The notes beneath the pieces were generated by a model. It made no database searches. It worked only from the letters and a program-made list of their open reading frames with translations, and was not told the origin of the DNA. Shown here in pieces: positions 47,838-57,379 of a DNA stretch of 64,000 nt; the stretch's first letter is position 1, and the number at the start of each line of letters is the position of its first letter. The position numbers were made by a program, and so were the translations under genes. Source of the DNA: an uncultured Dehalococcoidia bacterium (lineage in GTDB: Bacteria; Chloroflexota; Dehalococcoidia; Lucifugimonadales; UBA1127); NCBI GenBank assembly GCA_964612825.1, contig CAZTCW010000051.1, positions 4,452 to 68,451 of the forward strand. Direction: 5' to 3'.

Positions 47838-48854
47838 CTAGGACTCCTTTTCGTTGATCTCTTCTGAGCGCTTGAAGATTTTCTCTACTTCTTTTTGTCC
47901 GGGTCGTTTAGGGTGCGGGAGGAGTGATGCTTTTCCGCGTCGAATCGCTTTCATCGCTATGGGGGCTTGGGAAATAATGCCTGATGGAGAGAACCCATAT
48001 GGAGGAAGGCCGTAGGATTTCGATGCTAAGGCTCTTTCATCCAACCAACCGCTATGACGAACAGATTTTGCGAAGGCATCATAATGTCTCGCAACCATAG
48101 GATTGCCCTTACCGGATTTTACTCCCAGACTTACGGATTGTTCTCGCATTTCTACGATGACGTGGCTTGGTTCGATCCCCCAAGGACAATGTTCGCTTGC
48201 TTCCCAGCAGTGAACGCAATCCCAGAGTCCTCGTCTTTCCCCAGCCTCTTTGAAACGTTGAACCGTATCGGTATCCCGAGGATCTCTAACGAAACGGTAA
48301 AGCTTTGTAAGAGCGGCTGGTCCAAGAAAGGTTTTATCAATGTCAATAACGGTACACCCATCATCGCAAAGACCGCATGCGGTGCAGCGCATCGCCTTAC
48401 GTACAGGCTCTAGGGCTTCCTCGGTGACAGGCTTCTGTCCGGTGCCGTTACTGACAATCCATGGCCGTACAGATTTATATTTGTCCCAGATGAATTGGTT
48501 CCAGTCCATTAAAAGGTCTTTAATTACTTCCGTGTTATGCATGGTAGTAAGGGCGATTTCCCCCTCTTTATTTGCCGCGCTTTCGACAGTAGTAAGACAG
48601 GAGACCAAATGATCTCGTCCGGACCCCAAAGTGCAGTCGCCACACATCCCTGTTCGACATGACCCGCGAAATGCTAGGCTCCCGTCTTGCTCTTCCCGAA
48701 TTTTGACGAGAGCATCTAGGACGCTTGTTCCCGGATCGATATCAAGTGTGTAGCTTTGCTCTGAGGCAGTCCCTCCAACCATTTTCTCAAGGGAAGTATC
48801 CCATTTTCCCGCGGAGTTCTTATCTTGACGAGGGATCTTTATCGTTATCTCCAT
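47838..48854 (-). CDS. SdhB/FrdB-like iron-sulfur subunit with C-terminal extension
   Basis: 338 aa. 2Fe-2S motif SCRTGMCGDC…C, ferredoxin motif CTACGLCDDGC, and a second motif CVHCWEASEHCP (C-x2-C-x6-C-P). A roughly 100-aa C-terminal extension is not present in classical SdhB. Confidence 0.8.
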   Translation of the reverse strand: MEITIKIPRQDKNSAGKWDTSLEKMVGGTASEQSYTLDIDPGTSVLDALVKIREEQDGSLAFRGSCRTGMCGDCTLGSGRDHLVSCLTTVESAANKEGEIALTTMHNTEVIKDLLMDWNQFIWDKYKSVRPWIVSNGTGQKPVTEEALEPVRKAMRCTACGLCDDGCTVIDIDKTFLGPAALTKLYRFVRDPRDTDTVQRFKEAGERRGLWDCVHCWEASEHCPWGIEPSHVIVEMREQSVSLGVKSGKGNPMVARHYDAFAKSVRHSGWLDERALASKSYGLPPYGFSPSGIISQAPIAMKAIRRGKASLLPHPKRPGQKEVEKIFKRSEEINEKES

Positions 48855-48902
48855 TATTTCCTCCCAAAACCGATAAACTAATGTATAGGGAATACTGACG
48901 GA

Positions 48903-50591
48903 TTACCCGGCAGAGGTATTCTTGTAACTTACCTCCAAGCCCGATTCCGTATGCTTGACGATTACGTTTTTGCTCCATTCCTGGTCATCTTTTTCGGTGA
49001 AATCACTTCTGTAGTGCGCGCCACGGCTTTCTTTTCTGGCCGTTGCACTAGCAACAATTGTTTCTGCCGTGTCAAGTAGGAATCCGACTTCGTGATGATG
49101 GAGAATTTCAAAATTATACCCAGATGACTTATTGGAGATACCAGCTTCTGTAAACTGTGCTTTTAGATCTTTTATGGATGTAGCCGCCTCTGTTAAATCC
49201 GACTCATTTCGCGTAAGGCCTACTTTATCGTTCATAATTCGGGATAATTGGCTGCGGACATTGGCTACTGAATGTTTTGGTTCCATTTCAAGTAGGGTAG
49301 CAAAACCGCTTTTTTGGGTTTCTAAGAAATTGTTGGATGGTTGGGAGATAGATGAAGAGTTGGAATAGGCTACTGCAGCAGCCCCGGCCCTTAGCCCAGA
49401 TACAACGGAATATAAAAGAATATTGCCATTCAGGGATCCCGCCCCATGGAAACCCGAGTTGGAGCACTCTCCGGCGGCGTATAGGCCGGGGATAGAGGTC
49501 GCTCCTAATTCGTCCGTAGCGATTCCTCCGAGGATGCGATTCATCGCCGGCGCTACAGGAATTGCATCTTTCGACAAATTCGCTTTTAAAAGCATTCCCA
49601 GTCTGGCGTTGGTCATAAAGAAATTAGCGGAAACTTCCTGTGAAGTTAGACCAGTCTTCAGGAGCACGTGAGATTCTCCATCTTGCTGATTTGCGATTTG
49701 TCGCGAGATAGTCCTAGATAAGTTATGAAGCGACGTTTCGTTTTCGTCCAGCGCTACCGGAATTTCAGTGCCGCTGGGGTCTGTTAGCTCGATCCCCCTA
49801 GCTAAGATAAGCTCACTAATGGCGATAGGTCCGTTATTGATTACAAACGGGTGGTATTCAACCATTTCCATATCCGATAAGTTCGCTCCTCCTCGGTACG
49901 CCATTGCGATACCATCACTGGTGCAGAGGAACGAAGCGGTGGACGGTTCGTAGAGTCTTCGTATTCCCCCTGTGGCTAAAACCACTGATTTTGCTGGAAA
50001 CATTTCTAAATTTCCTGTGGCGACTTCGATCCCAATAACTCCCTTACATTGCCCCTCTTCAATTATCAGTGAGGTGGCATACCATTCCTCAAGGAATTTA
50101 ACGCTTCCTTTTAATGCTTGCTCATAGAGAACCTGCATTAGGGCATGTCCCGTTATATCATCCACTGTGGCGGCACGGGCAGAACTTGACCCAATGAGTT
50201 TGTTCAACTTGAAATGACCTTCGCTATCTCGATTAAGGGGCAGACCCATCTTATCGAGCTCTTCAAGCACTTGTGGGGCTTGCTGACAAATACTTGATAC
50301 TATTTTTTTGTCATTTAGGGATTGGCCAGAACTCAGTGTATCTTCCGCGTGACTTTCCCAGGAATCTCCGTTTCCGATAGAGGCATTAACCCCGTCTTGA
50401 ATGTTGATAGAAAAACTTCTGAGCGGGTGGGTTTTGGTTAGTACCAAAACATTTTTGCCATTCTTGCTTCCTTCGATTGCGGCACGGAGTCCAGCTATTC
50501 CAGAGCCTACAATTAACAAGTCTTCCATGAGCTTCTCTCCAGGTAGGTTTCTGATTTGAACAAATTGGGCCTCATGATAACTTGTGGCCAT
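48903..50591 (-). CDS. SdhA/FrdA-family flavoprotein, divergent active site
   Basis: 562 aa. FAD dinucleotide fold LLIVGSGIAGLRAA, LATGG, EYHP, AAGE…HGA, ESRGAHYRSDF. The covalent-FAD motif R-S-H-T/S reads RSFS. The likely true start is Met22 (50528), which has GGAGAG upstream. Confidence 0.85.
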   Translation of the reverse strand: MATSYHEAQFVQIRNLPGEKLMEDLLIVGSGIAGLRAAIEGSKNGKNVLVLTKTHPLRSFSINIQDGVNASIGNGDSWESHAEDTLSSGQSLNDKKIVSSICQQAPQVLEELDKMGLPLNRDSEGHFKLNKLIGSSSARAATVDDITGHALMQVLYEQALKGSVKFLEEWYATSLIIEEGQCKGVIGIEVATGNLEMFPAKSVVLATGGIRRLYEPSTASFLCTSDGIAMAYRGGANLSDMEMVEYHPFVINNGPIAISELILARGIELTDPSGTEIPVALDENETSLHNLSRTISRQIANQQDGESHVLLKTGLTSQEVSANFFMTNARLGMLLKANLSKDAIPVAPAMNRILGGIATDELGATSIPGLYAAGECSNSGFHGAGSLNGNILLYSVVSGLRAGAAAVAYSNSSSISQPSNNFLETQKSGFATLLEMEPKHSVANVRSQLSRIMNDKVGLTRNESDLTEAATSIKDLKAQFTEAGISNKSSGYNFEILHHHEVGFLLDTAETIVASATARKESRGAHYRSDFTEKDDQEWSKNVIVKHTESGLEVSYKNTSAG

Positions 50592-50681
50592 TCCTTTTGT
50601 CTAGGGTTGGGATCAGGATATGAGGGACAGGCAATTGAAGAGGCGCGTTCCTAAACCTGTCGCCTAATACGAGTTACCTTT

Positions 50682-50710
50682 TTGACCTTCAGCCGGTGTG
50701 CTAGTATATC
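50682..50710 (+). promoter_or_regulatory. Candidate sigma70-type promoter for the nucleotidyltransferase gene
   Basis: TTGACC (50682-50687), a 17-nt spacer, then TATATC (50705-50710), about 68 nt upstream of the ATG at 50778. Pattern match only. Confidence 0.25.
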
Positions 50711-50777
50711 CACTATCACCATATTTATTGCGATCGCTTCCTGAAGTTGAGATATCAAAAAGGTTGGTAGGGTTTTT

Positions 50778-51815
50778 ATGAAAGGCGTGATATTAGCGGG
50801 GGGGAAAGGGTCTCGTCTTGTTCCTATTACCAATAGCACGCCCAAGCCGATGATATCACTCCTAAACCGACCATTCTTGGAGTATCTCTTAGCCCACTTA
50901 CATTCTCACGGATTCGACGAGATTTTCCTGACAATGTTTCATCTCTCAGATTCAATAGTGGATTATTTCGGTGCAGCACCACAAGGTAAGGTCTCATTAA
51001 CCTACGCAATTGAAAGTAGTCCATTAGGGACCGCTGGAGGAGTGAAGGCGCTTGAAGATAATTTGAAGAATACGTTTGTGGTCTGTAATGGGGATATTTA
51101 CACGGATCTGGACTTAACGGAAGTATTGAATTTTCACTGGCAAAAGAAAGCAATTGCGACCATTGTCCTAACGCGCGTCGATGATCCGTCAGCTTATGGA
51201 ATGGTGGAAACGGATAGAGATGGAAAAATTTTGAGGTTTGTAGAGAAGCCTTCACCAGATCAAATAACAACAAATTGGGTAAATGCTGGAACTTATATAC
51301 TCGAACCTGAAGCATTGAGATACGCTCCGGATTCCGTAAGCCTAATGTTCGAAAGGGATCTTTTCCCAACGTTACTGGAAAACCGGAAACCGGTTTATTC
51401 TTACAGGTCAGACGCATATTGGATTGATGTAGGTTCACCTAAGAACTACAAAAAATTGCACGACGATATTTTACTTGGATATGCTCCTGATAATTTCAAA
51501 AATGCACCTGTGTCCAATGGATTGACCAAGGGAACTGAATGTAAATTTGGAGGCAACTTTCGTAGTTTTGGACCAGTGTTAGTAGGAAATGGTTGTGTGA
51601 TTGGGGAAAATGTCGAGCTTAACGGCCCTTTGGTTATCGGAGATAATTGTAAACTTGGAGCAGGAGTCTCTATTAGCCACTCAATTTTATTGGACGGGGT
51701 TTCTATTGGGGATGGATCAAAGGTTACTGAATGCGTCCTGGGGAGTCGGTCGTGCCTAAGAGAAGGAAGCCAGATTTCAGACGGAACTATTATTCCTGAA
51801 GATACGGTATATTGA
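50778..51815 (+). CDS. NDP-sugar pyrophosphorylase (mannose-1-P guanylyl- / glucose-1-P nucleotidyl-transferase family) with C-terminal left-handed beta-helix
   Basis: 345 aa. MKGVILAGGKGSRLVPITNSTPKPM signature and C-terminal hexapeptide repeats (…VGNGCVIGENVELNGPLVIGDNCKLGAGVSI…). Confidence 0.85.
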   Translation: MKGVILAGGKGSRLVPITNSTPKPMISLLNRPFLEYLLAHLHSHGFDEIFLTMFHLSDSIVDYFGAAPQGKVSLTYAIESSPLGTAGGVKALEDNLKNTFVVCNGDIYTDLDLTEVLNFHWQKKAIATIVLTRVDDPSAYGMVETDRDGKILRFVEKPSPDQITTNWVNAGTYILEPEALRYAPDSVSLMFERDLFPTLLENRKPVYSYRSDAYWIDVGSPKNYKKLHDDILLGYAPDNFKNAPVSNGLTKGTECKFGGNFRSFGPVLVGNGCVIGENVELNGPLVIGDNCKLGAGVSISHSILLDGVSIGDGSKVTECVLGSRSCLREGSQISDGTIIPEDTVY

Positions 51816-51925
51816 TAACACTCAGGCCTTTTTAGGGTAGGGATACCCGTACGGAGGCCCCTATCAGATTGCTGGTTTAGCTTCGTCATTGATTACCTCA
51901 TAAGCGTTGACGGTATCACTTCAGT

Positions 51926-54001
51926 ATGATAGTTTCTGAAAGTTATATATCTGAACCTATCTCGGAGGCTAATCAAGTGACGGTAATCGCAATCGCTGTA
52001 TCTACAGGAATAATAGCTCTACTCTTTGCCATTCTTATCGCTCGGCGTGTACTTCAGGAAGATCAAGGCACCGAGGCGATGAAAGAAATCGGGAAAGCTA
52101 TCCAGGAAGGCGCTTCAGCTTTCCTTACACGGGAATACCGGACTCTTGCAGTGGTTGTATTGGCCGTTAGCGTTGTTATCGGGGTCTTTATTGATATTAT
52201 GCAGTTGGGTAGGTCCATTCCTGAAACTGGGATCTCGTATTTAGTTGGAGCTATCTGTTCTGCGGCAACCGGCTTTATTGGGATGAATATTGCTGTTCGT
52301 GCAAACACTCGTACTGCGGCTGCCGCTATGAAAGGACTTAATCCCGGGCTTAGAGTAGCGTTCAATAGCGGGTCGGTGATGGGTGTAACGGTGGTTGGTA
52401 TTGGTATCATTGGAATTTCTCTCTTGTACCTTATATTTCAGGATATTAGCGTGGTGGCCGGATTTGGTTTCGGAGCATCCACAATAGCCCTTTTCGCTCG
52501 TGTGGGTGGCGGAATTTTCACAAAAGCTGCTGATGTCGGCTCGGACATCGTAGGTAAAGTCGAAGCTGGTATACCTGAAGACGATCCACGTAATCCTGCC
52601 ACCATAGCCGATAACGTTGGGGACAATGTCGGGGATGTTGCTGGAATGGGCTCCGATTTATTTGAGTCTTATGCTTCATCTATTATTGCTACAATTGCTA
52701 TTGGAACTGCGGCAGCTTCGAGCGCTATAGCTTTCGATGCCCCAAAGTTAGTATTACCCCTTCTAATTGCAGCGGTAGGAATTCTTTCCTCGGTGGTGGG
52801 TACCTTCTTTGTTCGGACCGGCCCAGACGCTTCCATGAGTAAATTGCTTTGGGCTCTCAGGAGGGGAATTTACATTTCCTCTGCTTTGGTGCTTGTTTCT
52901 TCTTATGCGGCTATCCAGTATTTAGGGATAGAAGATGGCAACCGGATTTTTCTTTCAATCGTAACTGGTCTGATTGCGGGTAATGTTATTGGGTTCGCAA
53001 CCGAGTATTACACCTCTTACGAATATTCACCCACTCGCAAAATTGCTGAATCTGCTCAGACCGGAGCGGGAACGACAATTATCAGCGGCTTTGCTACTGG
53101 GATGTTGAGTACATTAGTTCCAATCCTAGCAGTGGTCTCCGCTATATTAATAGCCTTCTGGGCGGCTGAACTTTATGGTGTGGCGATTGCGGCTGTAGGG
53201 ATGCTTTCCACTTTAGGTATTACTTTAGCAACGGACGCCTATGGTCCAGTCGCAGATAATGCTGGTGGTATTGCTGAACAGGCCCATTTAGACCCAGAAG
53301 TTAGAGAGCGGACGGATGCATTAGATTCCTTGGGTAACACGACTGCCGCGACAGGAAAAGGATTTGCGATTGGATCTGCGGCATTAACCTCTTTAGCGTT
53401 ACTATCAGCCTACGCCTTTGCTATCACTCCTGAAGGCCAGATCATGTCGATAAATATTTTAGATCCGAATGTTTTGGTCGGTTTATTTATTGGGGCGTTA
53501 TTACCATTTATTTTCTCTGCGCTAACAATGCAAGCAGTTGGAACTGCCGCCTACTCTATTGTCAATGAAGTTCGCAGACAATTTAGGGAAATTCAGGGGA
53601 TAATGGAAGGGACGGCCAGGCCTGACTACGCTCGGTGTGTAGATATAAGCACGAGGGGATCACTACGAGCGATGATATTGCCGGGCGCTATGGCGGTTAT
53701 CGCACCAATAGCAATGGGGTTCATTCTTGGTCCTAAACCATTGGGAGGCATGTTGGTAGGCGCTATAGCCGCTGGATTCCTCTTAGCGGTGACCATGGCG
53801 AACTCCGGAGGCGCTTGGGATAACGCTAAGAAGTATATCGAAGCTGGCAATTTCGACGGAAAGGGCTCTGAAACCCATAAGGCTGCCGTAACAGGCGACA
53901 CCGTAGGGGATCCATTTAAAGATACCTCAGGGCCGGCTTTAAACATATTAATTAAACTGATGTCGATTGTCGCCTTGGTGTTTGCTCCTCTATTTGTTTA
54001 G
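51926..54001 (+). CDS. hppA: Membrane-integral pyrophosphate-energised cation pump (K+-dependent-type signature)
   Basis: 691 aa. [40 protein letters not shown]. The [16 protein letters not shown] motif has Ala (GNTTAA), not Lys (GNTTKA). From published work on PPases this is the K+-dependent class. Confidence 0.95.
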   Translation: MIVSESYISEPISEANQVTVIAIAVSTGIIALLFAILIARRVLQEDQGTEAMKEIGKAIQEGASAFLTREYRTLAVVVLAVSVVIGVFIDIMQLGRSIPETGISYLVGAICSAATGFIGMNIAVRANTRTAAAAMKGLNPGLRVAFNSGSVMGVTVVGIGIIGISLLYLIFQDISVVAGFGFGASTIALFARVGGGIFTKAADVGSDIVGKVEAGIPEDDPRNPATIADNVGDNVGDVAGMGSDLFESYASSIIATIAIGTAAASSAIAFDAPKLVLPLLIAAVGILSSVVGTFFVRTGPDASMSKLLWALRRGIYISSALVLVSSYAAIQYLGIEDGNRIFLSIVTGLIAGNVIGFATEYYTSYEYSPTRKIAESAQTGAGTTIISGFATGMLSTLVPILAVVSAILIAFWAAELYGVAIAAVGMLSTLGITLATDAYGPVADNAGGIAEQAHLDPEVRERTDALDSLGNTTAATGKGFAIGSAALTSLALLSAYAFAITPEGQIMSINILDPNVLVGLFIGALLPFIFSALTMQAVGTAAYSIVNEVRRQFREIQGIMEGTARPDYARCVDISTRGSLRAMILPGAMAVIAPIAMGFILGPKPLGGMLVGAIAAGFLLAVTMANSGGAWDNAKKYIEAGNFDGKGSETHKAAVTGDTVGDPFKDTSGPALNILIKLMSIVALVFAPLFV

Positions 54002-54050
54002 ATCGGGTAATAAAATTTCGTCACAAGATTCGATGGAGTAGATAGCTCTC

Positions 54051-56471
54051 ATGGGTCGGCCGCCTCTAGGACGCAGCGAATTTTTCGGTTATTTGTTTTT
54101 AATTTTTAATTTATTTTTTATAGCTGGAACCGCCTGTTCCACGGATCAAGGATCCTTGAATCAAGGCCGTGACCAAACCGGTGGACCTAACGTTGAAGCC
54201 ACGTCGCCTCTTCAGAGCGCTCCAGAAAAGCCTTCTTCTGATCCTCTTGACGTCAATGCGGCCAAACTTCCTGAAAACCGAATTTTTGGAGGGAATCTTC
54301 GATATTTCGTTCCTCCAGATTGGGATCAAGCTCTCGTCATTTCTTCATTCCCTGACCCCTCATCTTCAATTAGCTCCCCCCCGATTGAAGACCTTTATAT
54401 AAGTTGGTCAATTGTCAGAGACGGGGAATTTTTGCTTACAACTGAATTTTTTGTGGATCTATATTTGGATGGCACTTTCCTTGAACGATGGAAAGTTGAT
54501 GCTTTAAATCCTGGAATACCGAAGATTATGTCTGGTTGGAGCGAACTTCTTTACCGAACTAATTTGAGCGCAGGGGAACATCAATTGGAATTGGTGATTG
54601 ATTCCACCGATCTAATCCTTGAAGATGATGAGGAAGATAATATCATTCTAATGAATTTTAGCGTCCCCAAAGATTCTTCCTCCATAGTCGAACCTACAAT
54701 TGCATTGGACCGTCTGCCAAATCTTATCCCTTTTACACCTCCGGGGTGGGACAATCCTATCAGGGTAAGAAACAATCAGGGTGCTTCGAACGGATTTGAA
54801 ATCGGAGAGGATCTTGAAATTCAAGTAGCCTTCAAAAACTCAGGCCTCTCAAGCGTAGACAGAAATTTTCTTGCCTATCTTTACCTTGATGAGATCCCGG
54901 TAGCAAAATTTTCCGAGCGAAATTTGATCGCCGACGAGGCGATAGTAACGTCAGAATGGTCTGGCCTGAATACTGTTTTGAGAATTGCTCCTGGCCAACA
55001 TACGTTCACGCTGGTGGTTGATCCTACACAATTAATCCAAGAAACCAAGGAGACTGATAATATCTTTACACGTACGGTAACTTGGGGACAAAATATGGAG
55101 ATTCCTAATGAAGCAGCCTTGATTCCATCTCAAATAAATTCTGGCTCGATAGGGCCGTTGGTTCCCCCGGGTTGGGATTCACCGTTAATAGTTACCTCTG
55201 TGCCTGGGAGCTTCATCTCCTCTTATGCGCTCAATTCTCTTGATCCAGCATTTGTGCATTGGGCTATGGTAAACCGAGGGGATCTGCCGTATGAAACACC
55301 ATACGAGATTGAACTGCATCTGGATGGGCGTATGATAAATTCATGGAACCGAACCCGGTTGGAATCGAATGAAACAGATATTGTATTTGACTGGGTTTTA
55401 GTTCCGCCCCTTGATGTGTATTCCACTTCGAAATTGGAGTTATTCGGACGGTTATTAGACGATTCGGGGAAACCAAAAGAAGTACTACTAGCTACAAAAT
55501 TGATACGATGGTCTGCTGGCCCCCAAAGTATCGAAACCAGCACTTTGGGGTTGGGAAGGTTATCACCCACTGAGCAATTAGTGTCATTGGAAGCCCTTCT
55601 GTCTACGAATAAATCGTTGATTAGTCACATAGGGCTGGTGAACAACCGAGCGATCCTAGATCTCGCTGATTCGGTTTACTACGAAATTTATTCTAAACGA
55701 CTTTCCAGCGAGGAGGTAAAAATTCACCTTCTAAGCGAATCAGAATACTCCCTCTGGATTTCAATTGAGTGTAAGGATCGAGGAAGTTATATCGCGGAAG
55801 AGGCTAGGGAGGAATACATTGACCAGTGTCACAGGATCGATGAGTTTGGAGGATTTTTCACCTACTGGAGAAACCATTTTCATGTCGTAATTCAAGCGGA
55901 ACGGCCTCCTATGAAAGTGTTCGAAACATTGGCGCATGAACTCGGACATTTCCGGCAAAGCCTAACAAATCCGCAAATAAATTCTACGAACCAGTCATTA
56001 AATGTGTTGGCCTTTAGGGAAGCTCAAGCATATAGCCATCAGGTTCTGTTTGTTCGTACCTTGGGAGAATTAGTAGGACGTGACCTTTTATCCTATCCAA
56101 AACTTGACGGATATGAATGGTTTATTGATCACGGGATTGACCAGTTGATGGATGGAGCCGATTCGAACGAGCATGACCGAGGTAGATTGCTACTCTGGTT
56201 ATCCGTTCTCACTGATCCTAAACTTGGCAATGCCAGAAATGCGTTATTGTTGAATAAATATTTAACTCCCGAGGCTGCGAAAGAAGTATTCTTGTATTTA
56301 CTGAGTTTCCGTCCTTCGATGATCTCTCCTTACGTAGCTGAGCAAATGGAAGCGAATAAAACCTATGAAAGTGTGATTTTGGAGATAGGTAATTCTCGGT
56401 TGTCATTCGGGGTTTCTTATTGGAATGAAGGATCCCCCTACTTGAGAGAGACAGGTCTTTTGTTACCTTAA
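54051..56471 (+). CDS. Exported (lipoprotein-like) protein with three CARDB-like repeats and a C-terminal HExxH zincin-like domain
   Basis: 806 aa. Signal peptide ending IAGTAC. Three roughly 120-aa repeats each open with PP(D/G)WD-x-(A/P)-(L/I)-(V/R)-(I/V). Repeats 1-2 end in E-(E/T)-D-N-I and repeat 3 has only N-E-T-D-I. HELGH occurs at …FETLAHELGHFRQS…. Confidence 0.6.
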   Translation: MGRPPLGRSEFFGYLFLIFNLFFIAGTACSTDQGSLNQGRDQTGGPNVEATSPLQSAPEKPSSDPLDVNAAKLPENRIFGGNLRYFVPPDWDQALVISSFPDPSSSISSPPIEDLYISWSIVRDGEFLLTTEFFVDLYLDGTFLERWKVDALNPGIPKIMSGWSELLYRTNLSAGEHQLELVIDSTDLILEDDEEDNIILMNFSVPKDSSSIVEPTIALDRLPNLIPFTPPGWDNPIRVRNNQGASNGFEIGEDLEIQVAFKNSGLSSVDRNFLAYLYLDEIPVAKFSERNLIADEAIVTSEWSGLNTVLRIAPGQHTFTLVVDPTQLIQETKETDNIFTRTVTWGQNMEIPNEAALIPSQINSGSIGPLVPPGWDSPLIVTSVPGSFISSYALNSLDPAFVHWAMVNRGDLPYETPYEIELHLDGRMINSWNRTRLESNETDIVFDWVLVPPLDVYSTSKLELFGRLLDDSGKPKEVLLATKLIRWSAGPQSIETSTLGLGRLSPTEQLVSLEALLSTNKSLISHIGLVNNRAILDLADSVYYEIYSKRLSSEEVKIHLLSESEYSLWISIECKDRGSYIAEEAREEYIDQCHRIDEFGGFFTYWRNHFHVVIQAERPPMKVFETLAHELGHFRQSLTNPQINSTNQSLNVLAFREAQAYSHQVLFVRTLGELVGRDLLSYPKLDGYEWFIDHGIDQLMDGADSNEHDRGRLLLWLSVLTDPKLGNARNALLLNKYLTPEAAKEVFLYLLSFRPSMISPYVAEQMEANKTYESVILEIGNSRLSFGVSYWNEGSPYLRETGLLLP

Positions 56472-57190
56472 AATCCCGGGGCTTTACCTACGCCCAGTTC
56501 TTTTCTGATAGTTCTAAAGATTGAATCGAACATTGGCTGAGTGAGCCTTCCGGTTTGAGTGTTTCGTTGACTCGGATGATAGGAACCAAACAGGCGAATT
56601 CCATTCGCAAGCTGGAATTGTACCCCATGACCAAATTTCGGCTTTGGAGATGGAAGGTTCACCCCGAGGGTTTTAATTGCCGTCAAATAACTTTCAAAGG
56701 CAATTTTCCCAAGGGCGAGAACGACCGATAGATTTTTTAGGGACAGTAACTCCTCGACTAAATAATGGCCACAAGCCTCAAATTCTTCCTTGTTGGGTCG
56801 ATTGTCAGGAGGGGCGCAGTGAACCGCTGCGGTTATATATATATCTTGGATGGTTAATCCGTCGTGGATTCCTTGGGAATCTGGATGATTCGCGAATCCA
56901 TTACGGTATAGCGCTCCATATAACCAGTCACCGCTTTTATCTCCAGTAAACATTCTCCCTGTCCTGTTGCCTCCGTGCGCGGCAGGAGCGAGCCCAACGA
57001 TAAGCGTTTGAGCCTGTTCGTCGCCGAAACTAGGGACTGGCTTGCCCCAGTATGGTTGATCTCGATACATTAATCGCTTCGAAATAGAAACCATTTTCCG
57101 ATATTTAGTTAATCTGGGACATTTGGAGCAATTAATAATTCGGTTGTTTATATCCTGTAATTGATTGTTCCAATTGTTAGAAGAAAGCAT
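56468..57190 (-). CDS. Uracil-DNA glycosylase superfamily protein, family 5 (UdgB)-like, 4Fe-4S
   Basis: 240 aa. Motif GLAPAAHGGNRTGRMFTGD (family-5-type A-x-x-H-G rather than family-4 GE-x-PG). Cys ligands CSKCPRL, HCAPP, ACGHY. C-terminal HPS motif (GSYHPSQRN). Confidence 0.8.
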   Translation of the reverse strand: MLSSNNWNNQLQDINNRIINCSKCPRLTKYRKMVSISKRLMYRDQPYWGKPVPSFGDEQAQTLIVGLAPAAHGGNRTGRMFTGDKSGDWLYGALYRNGFANHPDSQGIHDGLTIQDIYITAAVHCAPPDNRPNKEEFEACGHYLVEELLSLKNLSVVLALGKIAFESYLTAIKTLGVNLPSPKPKFGHGVQFQLANGIRLFGSYHPSQRNTQTGRLTQPMFDSIFRTIRKELGVGKAPGF

Positions 57191-57379
57191 TGATGTCTTT
57201 GAACTCCTAATTGTTGTCTTGGAAAGATAAAGTTGAATTTGTATATTTCTAAGTTCATACTATACCTGACTACATACCATTATTGGATTAATACTAAAAA
57301 CTGGCCAACAGGGCCTGAGTGCTTAACTGATTGTGGCTTTCAGTGAATAATTCTTCCTTTTTGAACCAAGTCTATTAGC

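Noticed and set aside
50827-51889. Two long minus-strand ORFs (203 and 147 aa) antisense to the nucleotidyltransferase gene.
   Set aside because: These are shadow ORFs. The plus-strand frame has clear family motifs, and the antisense translations are low-complexity and rich in Pro, Ser and Leu. The same reasoning applies to 4649..5139, 3152..3508, 7363..7967, 52063..52410, 53626..53946 and similar track entries.
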